DNA from: a virus
Strand: one strand, 5' to 3'
IMG/VR virus record: IMGVR_UViG_3300023223_001361
Span: 90,113 to 154,112 of that record
DNA length: 64,000 nt
Within the stretch, counting starts at the first letter, position 1. Every line of letters begins with the position of its first letter. The notes below the pieces were generated by a model. That model saw only the letters and a list, made by a program, of their open reading frames with translations. It was not told where the DNA came from and made no database searches. Of this stretch, positions 54,366-64,000 are shown piece by piece. The translations under genes and the position numbers were made by a program.

Positions 54366-55109
54366 TTAGCTTAAAACAGTTCCGCCGCCTCCAGAACTTT
54401 GACCACCGCCACCAGAGTTTCTTCCGGGAACTGAGTTATCCATTCTTTCTGAAATTGTCGATGGACTATCGTTTGCTATACTAATAGGTTGCGAACTTGG
54501 ATCACCAACTGGTGGTGGAGCACCATCAAAGATAGGTCCAAATCTATCATTGGTTCTATCGGCTACACCACTATCTGATCCAAATTGACTAAATTGATCA
54601 ATATTGAACCATTTATGATAAGCAAAAGTTATATTTAATTTTAAGAGACTATCATTATCACTATAGTTTAATGGTTGTGGTGCAATAGATATTGGATATG
54701 CCTCAAGCAATAACATACCATATGAAAATCCCCCATCTTCAGCAAAAGTTAAAATAGCTAGTGGCCCCACATAATTATTATAGTAACTCATATAGTTGCT
54801 TCCAGGAGAAACAATTTTGGCTTGCCATAAATCAAAGAAACGTCTCTGTTCCATATATTTTGTGCAAATAATACTTATTGTAAAATCATTATATATTGTT
54901 TGATATGGCATTTTACGGATAGGTCCGTGTGTTTGCCTTTCTGTAGTTGCAAATCCTTTTCCTGGAATTTCTGCTTCATCTATTAGTGCTTTAAATGTTC
55001 TTGTTATACCACCGCCAGTGAAAATATCAGGCACTAAAATTTCATATCTATTTGGTCGAGCAATACCTGTTGATATTGCGCCTCGAAATTCATCTATATC
55101 AAAACCCAT
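54366..55109 (-). CDS. gp54: baseplate tail-tube initiator
   Basis: GIARPNRYE, EIPG, MPY...Y, W, L.EAYP..I..L.Y tube-fold motifs. Confidence 0.8.
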   Translation of the reverse strand: MGFDIDEFRGAISTGIARPNRYEILVPDIFTGGGITRTFKALIDEAEIPGKGFATTERQTHGPIRKMPYQTIYNDFTISIICTKYMEQRRFFDLWQAKIVSPGSNYMSYYNNYVGPLAILTFAEDGGFSYGMLLLEAYPISIAPQPLNYSDNDSLLKLNITFAYHKWFNIDQFSQFGSDSGVADRTNDRFGPIFDGAPPPVGDPSSQPISIANDSPSTISERMDNSVPGRNSGGGGQSSGGGGTVLS

Positions 55110-55724
55110 TTATCGTCTTCTTAATTGTTTGCGTGTGTCGTCCCAAACTTCTATTTTAGAAGCTTTGCGGAATCTTTCAACAGGAAGAAAGATTGCCACT
55201 TCCCATTCATTTGCTTCGATACGTAGAAATCTGCTTTTTACATGTTTATTTAGGTATTTTTTCAAGGCCGGACGAAAAGATCTGAACTTTATCGCTGACT
55301 TGAGTATCTTATAAGTTACTATCATTCTAGTAGTTTCATCAAAATCATCATTATTCTGTAGTGTAAATAGAGCATCCATTAATTTTGCTCTTATATTCAA
55401 AGGAAGATAATGAAAGTTTAATCCTAAAAATCCACCAGAGAAAGTTTCTATTGGTAAAGTGAGTGGAAATGTATCATAGAAAGGAAGTGTCTTTTTTCCT
55501 TTTGGATCATATTTAAAGAAATATAATCTTCCAGTTTGGATTCGTCTTCTGAGTTGTTCTTTATCTCCAAGTATTTTGTTTGGAGTTGTTTTTCTTGAAA
55601 GTTTTTTAGTTTTTTCTTCGAGCCATTCTCTTGCTTCATCTCTTTCATCTTTTGTATCAGCTCTAAACAGTTGACCATTATCTATTGCATCTTGAAGAAT
55701 TTTTTGAAATATAGTTGATGCCAT
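55110..55724 (-). CDS. gp2: DNA end protector protein
   Basis: LYFFKYDPK.K..LPFYD.FPL..P...GFLGLNFHYLP; W..AIFLPVE.F. Confidence 0.92.
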   Translation of the reverse strand: MASTIFQKILQDAIDNGQLFRADTKDERDEAREWLEEKTKKLSRKTTPNKILGDKEQLRRRIQTGRLYFFKYDPKGKKTLPFYDTFPLTLPIETFSGGFLGLNFHYLPLNIRAKLMDALFTLQNNDDFDETTRMIVTYKILKSAIKFRSFRPALKKYLNKHVKSRFLRIEANEWEVAIFLPVERFRKASKIEVWDDTRKQLRRR

Positions 55725-55728
55725 CCAT

Positions 55729-56175
55729 CTATCCTAAAATTATAATTCCCATATTTTTTAATGTATGTTCTGTCCAAATTTCGAATTTATAATCATTTTT
55801 TTTGGCCCACCTCATAGCAGAATCCCATTTTGCGATATTTATTCCCCAAGTAAATACCTCTTTAATATATTTTTTGGTAGTTTTTTTCCTCTTCTTTGGC
55901 GGTTTTGTTTGTTTATATGGTTTAACCTCTACCAAATATTTATTACCATTTTTGAATTCTATTGTAAAATCAACAAAATATCTGTGAATTTTTCTATCTA
56001 ATGGAGATAAATAAGGCACAACTATAGTTTCACTACTCCAGAATTTGACATCTGAAGTAGTGTCACACCATGACATAACAGATAATTCCCAACCGCTGCG
56101 ATATACTATTTGGGTTGGATCGCCATGATATTTTTTAAGATGTTTTGGCCTGAACTTGCCTTTATATATTGGCAT
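55729..56175 (-). CDS. gp4: head completion nuclease
   Basis: YKGKF.PK...KY.GDPT.I.YRS.WE; WSSE; HRYF.DF; EVKP.KQT. Confidence 0.95.
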   Translation of the reverse strand: MPIYKGKFRPKHLKKYHGDPTQIVYRSGWELSVMSWCDTTSDVKFWSSETIVVPYLSPLDRKIHRYFVDFTIEFKNGNKYLVEVKPYKQTKPPKKRKKTTKKYIKEVFTWGINIAKWDSAMRWAKKNDYKFEIWTEHTLKNMGIIILG

Positions 56176-56177
56176 GG

Positions 56178-56204
56178 TATAAATATTCTGAACCCTTATT
56201 TATA
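56178..56204. promoter_or_regulatory. pair of face-to-face T4 late promoters
   Basis: TATAAATA on + at 56178-56185 and on - at 56204-56197. Confidence 0.75.
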
Positions 56205-56213
56205 TAGGAACTC

Positions 56214-56990
56214 ATGATTCGACCTCAACCAAAACTCAAGAATAATCCATTCCAAGCTCCTTCTTTTCGCTTCCCTGAAGATTTAGGCGGAGTAGGTGAA
56301 GAGCCATTTGTAGTTTTTGATATTAGAGATTCTGTAGCGAAACCTGGAGCATCAAAAGGTGTTCTTGCTTTACCTATGCCTTCAAATGGAATTGGGGTAT
56401 CATATAATACAGACTATCAAGAAATTTCAATGGGTTTAGATCAGTTAAGAGATCTTCGAGATCTTGTTGGAGATAAAGATGGTGGAATAGGAGAAACGGC
56501 TAAACAAAAAGGTTTAGAAATTCTTGCTGGCTTTGGTGATTCATTTACTCAATTAAATCTTTCTTCTGAATTAGAAAGATCAAGGGGTGCCATTGTTAAT
56601 CCACATATGGCGGCTTTATTTAAAGGTGTTGGTTTTAGAACTTTTACATTTAATTTTCAAATGCTTGCTAAAAGTCGCGCGGAATCGGATGCAATCAGAA
56701 ATATTATTTATCGTTTCAAATATCATATGCATCCATCTATTCCAAGAAGTGGTCCAAAAAGACGTTTTATGCTTTATCCTGAAAACTTTGTTATTGGTAT
56801 TTTTAGCCCAGAAGATCTTTATCTTTTTAAGATTTCCACTTGTGCTCTTATTAATATGTCTGTTGACTATGCTGGTTCTGGAGTGCCTGCCTTTTTCCAG
56901 GATACTGGTGCTCCTGTAGATATTCGATTATCTTTACAATTTAAAGAACTGGAGATTATGTCAAAGGAAAAAATAGAATTAGGATTTTAA
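56214..56990 (+). CDS. gp48: baseplate tail-tube cap
   Basis: LPMP; NP....FKGVGFR.F.F.F; FK....MSVDY...G; L.FKELE. Confidence 0.88.
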   Translation: MIRPQPKLKNNPFQAPSFRFPEDLGGVGEEPFVVFDIRDSVAKPGASKGVLALPMPSNGIGVSYNTDYQEISMGLDQLRDLRDLVGDKDGGIGETAKQKGLEILAGFGDSFTQLNLSSELERSRGAIVNPHMAALFKGVGFRTFTFNFQMLAKSRAESDAIRNIIYRFKYHMHPSIPRSGPKRRFMLYPENFVIGIFSPEDLYLFKISTCALINMSVDYAGSGVPAFFQDTGAPVDIRLSLQFKELEIMSKEKIELGF

Positions 56991-56993
56991 TTT

Positions 56994-57986
56994 ATGTCTG
57001 AATTTTTTGAACACTATCCTCAAATAGAATATTGTGATGAATTATCAACGAATTTGTTGGTTAGATCTCGTGTCCGTAGAATGATACTCGAAAATTCTGT
57101 TTTGTTCCACCCATATATTTTAACAGAAGAGGATAGACCTGATATTGTTTCTCACAAATATTATGGTAATTCAAACTATGTGTGGTTGCTTTTTTATGCT
57201 AATGATATTTTTGATCCTCTTTTTGATTGGCCTTTAATTTTCTCAGATTTCAATAAATTTGTTAATAGGAAATATCCTCAGACGACTTTTGTTTTAAATA
57301 GCCCAGAAGTATTTTTTGTTTCTGCAACAAAAACAATTGAAAGTCAAGATCCTGATACTGCTGCTGCTTTAAATAATATTACTAAAAATTTTCTCCAATT
57401 AAAAGTTTCTGGAACGGATAATAATGGAGAAAATGATAATTTTTATACTCTTCTAAGAAAAGAATATGATGCCGTAAATGGAAATATTAAACTTCATGTT
57501 TTTGAAGATATAGTTGATCAATCAGCTAATCAAAATGGAATGTTGGTTACAATTAAATATACAGATCCTAGAATAAGTATTCATCATTATGAAAATGCTT
57601 TAGGTTGTAATATAGATCAATTTGAATATGTTGGATTGGCTGAGGAAGTCGTTTTAAATTTGAGTGTTCCTGCTGGAACTTTTGAAATTGGAGAAACTAT
57701 TATAGGTCAAACAAGTGGAGCAAGTGCTGTTGTTGTAGGTCAAAATGAAGCAGGAACTATTGTCGAAGCAAATGGTTTAACTGGGGCTTTCCAAAATGGA
57801 GAAACCATAGAAGGTTTGGTTAGTTCAACAATTGTAAATATTACTTCTTCCACAACAGGTCGTGGAAGACAAGCAATAACAGTTTATGATTATGAAGATT
57901 CTTTGAATGAAAATTTGAGAGAGATTGCTATAATAGATGCTATTCATTTACCTGATATATTGAATGAGCTTAGAGATATTTTTTAA
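56994..57986 (+). CDS. gp53: baseplate wedge subunit
   Basis: FF..YP; RPD.VS..YYG...YVWLL..AN.I.DP..DWP; YE..LNE..R.I. Confidence 0.9.
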   Translation: MSEFFEHYPQIEYCDELSTNLLVRSRVRRMILENSVLFHPYILTEEDRPDIVSHKYYGNSNYVWLLFYANDIFDPLFDWPLIFSDFNKFVNRKYPQTTFVLNSPEVFFVSATKTIESQDPDTAAALNNITKNFLQLKVSGTDNNGENDNFYTLLRKEYDAVNGNIKLHVFEDIVDQSANQNGMLVTIKYTDPRISIHHYENALGCNIDQFEYVGLAEEVVLNLSVPAGTFEIGETIIGQTSGASAVVVGQNEAGTIVEANGLTGAFQNGETIEGLVSSTIVNITSSTTGRGRQAITVYDYEDSLNENLREIAIIDAIHLPDILNELRDIF

Positions 57987-57988
57987 TA

Positions 57989-59401
57989 ATGACTGAATTT
58001 AATCCTACTCCATTACCCGCGGCCGCAGCCGATCCACCTACAACTAAAATTCGACAAGAGGGTGATTTTTACCTTGAGGATATTAAACTTATTGCTTTCA
58101 ATGGTGAAATATATGAATTAAGACTCATTATGAAGGAACTGAATATTTATGAGGATATCTTTAATAATAGTATGTCAGGAACTATAGAACTTCGAGATGG
58201 GAATGATCTACCAAATTTAATTCCAATTATTGGTGAGGAGAAGTTAATTCTGAAATTCACCAGACCAGATGAAAATGATACTCCAGGCGGTGCTGGAAAA
58301 TTATTGCCTTCTTTTAAAATGGAATTTCGAGTATATAAAATGACTTCTAGAAGTAGAGAAGAAGAAAGACTTCAATCTTATGTTCTTCATTTTTGTTCTC
58401 CAGAAACAATTGTGAATCATAAAGTTAAAGTGAGAAAAAATTTTTCAGAAAAACTTTATTCTGAAATGACTGGCATTATATATGATGAAAATATTAAAAT
58501 TACAAAACCAATTAAAATAGAAGAGACAACTTTTGAACATGATTTTGCAATTAGAAATATGCAACCATTTAAATTTTTTAACCAAGTTGCAACACAATCT
58601 TTATCTCCTGGTGCTGGTGGAGCTAGTTATGTTTTTTATGAAGATGTAGAGAAATTTAGTTTTATTTCTTTAAATACTCTTATGGATGAACCACCAAAAA
58701 GAGAATATCTCTATCAAATATCTAATGTATTAGAAGCTAGAAATATTAAGTCACAACAAAATCGACAGATTGAAAAAGATATTTATGCTGTAGAGAATTA
58801 TGGTTTTAGTGGTTCTTTTGATATTTTAAAAAATCTAACTGGTGGAATGTATGCTTCACGTTTGTTTACTTATGATACAGTTCGCCACAGATTTTTTGAA
58901 GATGAAAATGAATTAGATTATCCAACTGCTTTTGATAAAACAGCACATGTAAGTAAAGAGATGTTATGTACAGATGCTCAGGATGCTCTTGGTTCTCCTT
59001 TATCTTATCATAAGTTAATGGCAACAAATCAAGATCATGATAAAATTCCTTGGATTGTCGAAAAGGAACCTGGAATTTTGCCATGGCAAGTTGAGGAATT
59101 TGTATTACTTCGTGCTAATATAATGCAACAGATAGATAATCAAAAGATCCAAGTCTCTGTTTCTGGGGATCCAAGAAGAAAAGTTGGAGAAACAGTAGAA
59201 TTCGATTTACCAAGAGCAACAGGTGATGCTGATTTACCTTTAGAACCAGATAGATATTTATCTGGTAAATACTTAGTAGTTTCTCTAAGACATAAGATTA
59301 CAAATAACCGTTATGATATTGATATGGAAATTATTAAAGATTCTTATCTTAGAAAAATAATTCATGTTGATCCTACAAAGTTTTACGAAAGAACTTATTA
59401 A
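57989..59401 (+). CDS. baseplate hub protein (gp27-like)
   Basis: ELNIYEDIF...SG.I...D; IGEE; FYED...F.F.SL..L; GDP...VG; LSGKYLV; between gp53 and gp5. Confidence 0.75.
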   Translation: MTEFNPTPLPAAAADPPTTKIRQEGDFYLEDIKLIAFNGEIYELRLIMKELNIYEDIFNNSMSGTIELRDGNDLPNLIPIIGEEKLILKFTRPDENDTPGGAGKLLPSFKMEFRVYKMTSRSREEERLQSYVLHFCSPETIVNHKVKVRKNFSEKLYSEMTGIIYDENIKITKPIKIEETTFEHDFAIRNMQPFKFFNQVATQSLSPGAGGASYVFYEDVEKFSFISLNTLMDEPPKREYLYQISNVLEARNIKSQQNRQIEKDIYAVENYGFSGSFDILKNLTGGMYASRLFTYDTVRHRFFEDENELDYPTAFDKTAHVSKEMLCTDAQDALGSPLSYHKLMATNQDHDKIPWIVEKEPGILPWQVEEFVLLRANIMQQIDNQKIQVSVSGDPRRKVGETVEFDLPRATGDADLPLEPDRYLSGKYLVVSLRHKITNNRYDIDMEIIKDSYLRKIIHVDPTKFYERTY

Positions 59402-59404
59402 ATT

Positions 59405-61843
59405 ATGGCAACTCGAAAGAAAACAAATTTTCATGGTTTAGATGGCTTTGTTTGGTGGCATGGAGTCGTAGAGGATCGTTTTGATCCTTTGTTTCTAGGC
59501 CGTTGCAAAGTTCGTATGTTTGGTTTTGATCAAAGTAATAAAGCTGAACAACCAACTGCAGATCTTCCTTGGGCAATTCCTTCCGTGCCTTTAGATTCGG
59601 GTCGGAACGTTGTTGGACCAAAAGAAGGCGATTGGGTTTGGGGTTTTTTTCGAGATGGTGAAAATGCTCAACAACCTGTAATGCTCGGCGTCCTTTGGGG
59701 AATTTCAGAAGAAGTCGCGGATCCAAGTAGAGGATTTTTTGATCCAAGACCAGATTCTCTTTTATCAGGTCATCAAGTTCCTAGAGAACCAGATGATTTA
59801 CAGCAATTTGATGATGGTTCTGGTAATGATATTTTTGAGGAAGCTTTCAAATCTAGATGGCCTGAAGATGGTTGGTTGATGGAATCCCAAGCTCATAGAT
59901 ATCCTATTGGTTGGGATTGTGGTCATATTGACGAAACAGTAGTCCCAATTAAAATTGAAAATATTGATATCGGTCAAAGAGATGTTCCAACAGCAAATCA
60001 TCCACCTGGAACTGGTTCAGACATAACCTCGGCCGGTGGAGATTGGACAGAAGCCGAAACTGCTTATAATTCAAAGTATCCATATAATCATGTACACTTT
60101 CATGAAAGTGGTCATTTTGTTGAAATGGATGATACTCCAAACTTTGAGCGTATGCATTGGTATCATAGAGTAGGAACTTTTAAAGAGTGGAATCCTCTTG
60201 GGGGTCAGGTTGAGAAGATTGTAGATAATGAATGGCACATTGTATTAGAGAAAAGATTTACACACGTCGAAGCTGCTGAACTTTTAACTGTAGATTGGGG
60301 AATGAAAATCTATGTTAATAAGGATAAGATTGGGGGTTTTAATTACGATCTAACAGTTGGTGATAATGGTCATATTAATCTTACAACAGAAAAAGGTAAA
60401 GTAAATATCCACGTTCAAGGTGATGACATGAACGTGAAGGTTGAGGGTGAACATAATACTGAAACGGATGATGATTCAAATACAACGAATCATATTAATC
60501 GAAATCTTAGAGTTGATGGCGATTGGAATATTGAAATTCGCGGAGACACAAACTTAACTGTATTGGGTGATGTTAATGGTTTGGTTCTTGGAAATACTAC
60601 ATTGAAAAGTGAAGGGAGTACAAATATTGTTGCGGTAAATGGAGCTAGTTTAACTACTGAAAATGATTGTGTTGCAACAATTAATGGAAATTTAAATGCG
60701 AAAGTTACTAAAGATTTGACTGCTCATGTTGAACAAAGTGCTTTTCTTAATGTAGAGAAAAATTTGAGAGAAACAATTAAGGGTGATCATTATAGAATAG
60801 TTGAAGGGGATTATAGAGAACAAGTTAAAGGTAAATACGAACTTATTGTAGATGATGATATGACTACTGTTTCTTTAGGAACAATGATTCGTGATGCAAA
60901 GGGTCGACTGATCGATACTTCAGAAGTTGCTTGTGAGCGAGATGGAAATTTAGCAATTATTGATAAGGCTGATTTTATCTCCAGAGAAGCTGATTTTATA
61001 GTTGATGATGCGGAGACTCAATACACAGAAACCGCAGGATTAATTTCTATGAATGCAAGTATAATTGGAAATAATGCACCAATAGTAAATTGCGAAGGAG
61101 TCCTGAATGCGGATTTATCCGCATATGCTGAAGGTGGAAGTGGAGCGACAGCACCGCTTCCGGGACCACCTCCATTGTCAACACTTTCGATAACTCATCC
61201 ACATGATGCAACATTTCATCATCCTATTATTGAAACGATTATTGTTACTTTTATTAATTCAGTGCCAGCACCAGTTGTTATTTGGGCAGTAAATGTAGTT
61301 CCTTTTGTAAAAGATATTGCAGCTTCTATTGTTGAGAATATTCTTGGATTTGGAGAAGCTGATTTCAATCCATCAAATAGCGGCACTGCCGGTGATGGTT
61401 CAAATGATCAATTGGCTGAAGCAACATTACCAGGAATAACTACCAATTCAGCCGAAGGTAGTCCTGCTGCTGGCGACGGCGGTGCATCTTCCGGCTCCGG
61501 AGGCGGTGGTGGTGGAGGTGCAAAAGCACCTTCTGGACCTTCTATCGGTGCCCCCGATGGATTTTTGTGGAAACCTTTTAGTGAATCTGATGGTAATTTG
61601 GTCGTTCTTTTACCATCTGATATTAGAAATGGTTCTGTTGTAATTGTTGGTGCAGATGGAGCAAGAACAGAAGGAAGATTTACAGCCGTTGCAAATGGTG
61701 GAAGAGAACATTTTAGATTTGATCAACCTGGTAGTTCTTTTGATGGTTCTAGAGTAGAGACTTCTTCTGGGAATTTTAGTATTGATGATGGTGGATTACG
61801 TTATGAAGGTGGGCAAGGACCAGCGGCATCTACTGAAGAATAA
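59405..61843 (+). CDS. gp5: baseplate hub/needle protein with C-terminal extension
   Basis: WW.GVVEDR.DP..LGR..VR.FG OB-fold; YPYNHV...ESGH..E.DDTP..ER; beta-helix repeats; Gly/Ser linker + extra domain. Confidence 0.92.
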   Translation: MATRKKTNFHGLDGFVWWHGVVEDRFDPLFLGRCKVRMFGFDQSNKAEQPTADLPWAIPSVPLDSGRNVVGPKEGDWVWGFFRDGENAQQPVMLGVLWGISEEVADPSRGFFDPRPDSLLSGHQVPREPDDLQQFDDGSGNDIFEEAFKSRWPEDGWLMESQAHRYPIGWDCGHIDETVVPIKIENIDIGQRDVPTANHPPGTGSDITSAGGDWTEAETAYNSKYPYNHVHFHESGHFVEMDDTPNFERMHWYHRVGTFKEWNPLGGQVEKIVDNEWHIVLEKRFTHVEAAELLTVDWGMKIYVNKDKIGGFNYDLTVGDNGHINLTTEKGKVNIHVQGDDMNVKVEGEHNTETDDDSNTTNHINRNLRVDGDWNIEIRGDTNLTVLGDVNGLVLGNTTLKSEGSTNIVAVNGASLTTENDCVATINGNLNAKVTKDLTAHVEQSAFLNVEKNLRETIKGDHYRIVEGDYREQVKGKYELIVDDDMTTVSLGTMIRDAKGRLIDTSEVACERDGNLAIIDKADFISREADFIVDDAETQYTETAGLISMNASIIGNNAPIVNCEGVLNADLSAYAEGGSGATAPLPGPPPLSTLSITHPHDATFHHPIIETIIVTFINSVPAPVVIWAVNVVPFVKDIAASIVENILGFGEADFNPSNSGTAGDGSNDQLAEATLPGITTNSAEGSPAAGDGGASSGSGGGGGGGAKAPSGPSIGAPDGFLWKPFSESDGNLVVLLPSDIRNGSVVIVGADGARTEGRFTAVANGGREHFRFDQPGSSFDGSRVETSSGNFSIDDGGLRYEGGQGPAASTEE

Positions 61844-61870
61844 ATTCGAAAAATACACTAAATAAGATAT

Positions 61871-62269
61871 ATGGCAGACGGAAGGAATCGAGAATATAAA
61901 GATTTAAATTTGAATTTTGATGCTAATCCTATCACTGGTGGCATCCCTATATTAACTGAAGAAGATGCTGTTAAGAGAGCTATTAGAAATCTAGTCTTGA
62001 CTGGTTATTATGAAAGGTTTTTTCGACCTGCTCTTGGATCTGGAGTTTCGCATTTTTTATTTGAGAATTTTATAGGTTCTCTTACACAAGAAAGGATTAG
62101 AACTGCTGTTGAACAAGTTATTACTGCTTTTGAGCCGAGAGCAGAATTAGTAAATGTAGAAGTTATAGATGATAGTGATAATAATGGTTTTGCCGTTAAC
62201 ATCGTTTTTAATATAGTCAGTCTTATTGAGCCTATTACTATGTTTGTATTTTTAGAAAGAGTAAGATAA
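61871..62269 (+). CDS. gp25: baseplate wedge subunit
   Basis: YKDL.L.F..NP; AVKRAIRNL.LT..ER.F.P..GS; FEPRA. Confidence 0.93.
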   Translation: MADGRNREYKDLNLNFDANPITGGIPILTEEDAVKRAIRNLVLTGYYERFFRPALGSGVSHFLFENFIGSLTQERIRTAVEQVITAFEPRAELVNVEVIDDSDNNGFAVNIVFNIVSLIEPITMFVFLERVR

Positions 62270-62272
62270 AAG

Positions 62273-64000
62273 ATGAGTAAGTTGCGGATCACAGAGTTAG
62301 ATTTCTTACAGATTAGAGATAATCTTAAAGATTTTTTACGAGGACAGGACGAATTTAAAGATTATGATTTTGAAGGTTCGGGTATGTCCGTACTTTTGGA
62401 TATTTTGGCTTATAACACACATTACAATGCTTTTTATTTAAATCAAGTCGCTTCTGAGATGTTTTTAGATAGCGCAATTTTAAGAGAATCTGTTGTTTCG
62501 AGAGCAAAGCATCTTACCTATACCCCACGATCTTCAAGAGCTCCAAATGCTAAACTCACCATTCAGTTTTTTCCGACTGCTTCGCCACCTACTATTACTA
62601 TTCCTTTTGATACAGAATTTAGTGCTATTGTTGATGGAGTAACTTATATTTTTAGAACAAATGATTCTGTTATTGTCGAACAAGATACGAATGGTCTATA
62701 CATTGCAGAAGATGTAGAAATTATAGAAGGTAAAAGGATTATCCAAACTTTTGTCGTTGATAAAAGCGAAGATCAAAGATTCCTATTAGATAATGATGGA
62801 ATAGATACAACTACGATTAAAGTTAATGTTCAACCCTCACTAGCCAATACCACAAAAACGGCATATGTTTTAAATGAAGATATTAATGTTCTTGATGGGG
62901 AATCAACTGTTTATTTTTTGCAAGAAGTAGAACTAGGTAAGTTTGAATTATTTTTCGGAGATGGTTTTATCGGTAGAGATCTTGTTGATGGAGAAGTTAT
63001 AACAGTTGAATATTTGGTAACAAATGGAACATTGGCAAATGCAGCAAGTGAATTTTCTGCAATTAGAAAGATTGCTGGTTTTAGTGGCACAACTTTGACC
63101 ACAACTCAAAATGCCTTTGGTGGAGAAGATCCAGAAAGTATAGATTCTATTAAGCACTTAGCTCCTCTTAATTTTGAGGCTCAAGATAGAGCTGTTACTA
63201 AAAATGATTATGAGACATTAATTAAAACTGATTTTCCAAATATTGAAGCTGTTCGAGTATTTGGTGGTGAAGATAATGATCCTCCACAATTTGGTAGAGT
63301 ATTTATCTCATTGAAACCGATTACCGGAGTTGTTCTTTCGACAAGAACTAAACAGATTATTACTAATAAAGTTGTTACAGATAGAAGTATTGTGGCTATT
63401 GAGCCTGTTTTAATAGATCCAGATTTTACTACAATTGCTATATCAAGTAAAGTAACTTATAGATCCGCAAACACAACAAAACCAGAATCAGATCTTCGTA
63501 ATGAAGTATTAACGAATATTTTAAATTTCGGTGATGAGAATTTAGATAAGTTTGATTCTCATTTTCGGTATACTGTTTTGACTGGAATAATTGATGATAC
63601 AGATATTTCTATTATTAATAATTTAACAACTATACAATTAAAGAAACAGTTTTCTCCAGTTATTAATGTCCCTACACAGTTCGTTTTACAATATAATAAT
63701 CAAATCGATAAAGGCGATTTCACAAATGCACTTCCCACACTTTCAAGTTCAGCTTTTACCATTCGTGGGTTTACGGCTTTCTTTACTGATGATGGTCAAG
63801 GTAATGTTAATGTCTTCCGCTTTGTTGGGACAGAAAGGAGAACTTTAATAGAAAATATTGGAACAATTGATTATGATACAGGCAAAGTTGTAATTAATAA
63901 GTTTGCTCCAGAAGATTTACCAGATGGAGTAACTACAGTTGAAGTTTTTGTTATTCCACAGGAAAATGATATTTTCCCTCTCCGTAATCAGATTTTGATT
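62273..64000 (+). CDS. gp6: baseplate wedge subunit (runs off the window end; not in ORF track)
   Basis: MSKLRITELDF..IRDNLK.FL.GQ.EF.DYDFEGSG.S.LLD.LAYNTHYNA; RAVT..DYE. Confidence 0.95.
   Translation, partial: MSKLRITELDFLQIRDNLKDFLRGQDEFKDYDFEGSGMSVLLDILAYNTHYNAFYLNQVASEMFLDSAILRESVVSRAKHLTYTPRSSRAPNAKLTIQFFPTASPPTITIPFDTEFSAIVDGVTYIFRTNDSVIVEQDTNGLYIAEDVEIIEGKRIIQTFVVDKSEDQRFLLDNDGIDTTTIKVNVQPSLANTTKTAYVLNEDINVLDGESTVYFLQEVELGKFELFFGDGFIGRDLVDGEVITVEYLVTNGTLANAASEFSAIRKIAGFSGTTLTTTQNAFGGEDPESIDSIKHLAPLNFEAQDRAVTKNDYETLIKTDFPNIEAVRVFGGEDNDPPQFGRVFISLKPITGVVLSTRTKQIITNKVVTDRSIVAIEPVLIDPDFTTIAISSKVTYRSANTTKPESDLRNEVLTNILNFGDENLDKFDSHFRYTVLTGIIDDTDISIINNLTTIQLKKQFSPVINVPTQFVLQYNNQIDKGDFTNALPTLSSSAFTIRGFTAFFTDDGQGNVNVFRFVGTERRTLIENIGTIDYDTGKVVINKFAPEDLPDGVTTVEVFVIPQENDIFPLRNQILI

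Noticed and set aside
14500-63848. Many antisense or alternate-frame ORFs nested in longer genes (e.g. 19456, 34601, 51874, 55448, 59403, 62008)
   Set aside because: They are shadow ORFs of well-supported genes, with no motifs or RBS.
1-64000. Stop-codon reassignment or suppressor tRNA
   Set aside because: Core genes are full length in code 11 and end in TAA, TAG or TGA; only one isolated in-frame TAA (47335) was found and no suppressor anticodon.
1-64000. Reverse transcriptase, DGR, retron, integrase, transposase or CRISPR-Cas
   Set aside because: No YxDD RT motif, recombinase or transposase motifs, template/variable repeat pairs or spaced direct-repeat arrays were seen.

Overview
This is a 64-kb AT-rich segment of a large T4-superfamily myovirus genome. 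It infects a diderm host (two-component spanin) that is probably flagellated (sigma28-type promoters). Left to right: (i) a divergent early region (1-12 kb) of small hypothetical genes driven by sigma70 promoters and four repeated sigma28-like promoters, with a promoter- and terminator-bounded sRNA, a triple alternating 18-bp palindrome and a cluster of likely internal-head proteins; (ii) spanins, thermonuclease, primase gp61, ThyX, class II RNR and a RuvC-like resolvase; (iii) a 22-30 kb block of accessory virion proteins; (iv) nucleases and metabolic genes (ExoI-like, RNase H, IMPDH/GMPR, BglII-like nuclease, RNA ligase, Pol-beta nucleotidyltransferase, PhoH, DNA ligase, dNMP kinase); (v) an RNA-gene island with a complete tmRNA, 8 tRNAs, a tRNA-like RNA, a tRNA remnant, GroES and an HNH nuclease; (vi) gp33-gp59-gp32; (vii) tail and baseplate genes (tape measure, gp51/gp26, gp54, gp2, gp4, gp48, gp53, hub, gp5, gp25, gp6 truncated by the window end). 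The strongest candidate for a new system: the dNMP kinase ORF has no stop codon before the tmRNA and ends 51 nt inside it. tmRNA 5' maturation would therefore make a non-stop kinase mRNA that is a trans-translation substrate. Other highlights are the sigma28 promoter cassettes, a gp26/gp51 -1 slippery site and several unexplained structured RNAs. All family assignments come from motifs read by eye; no searches or folding programs were run.
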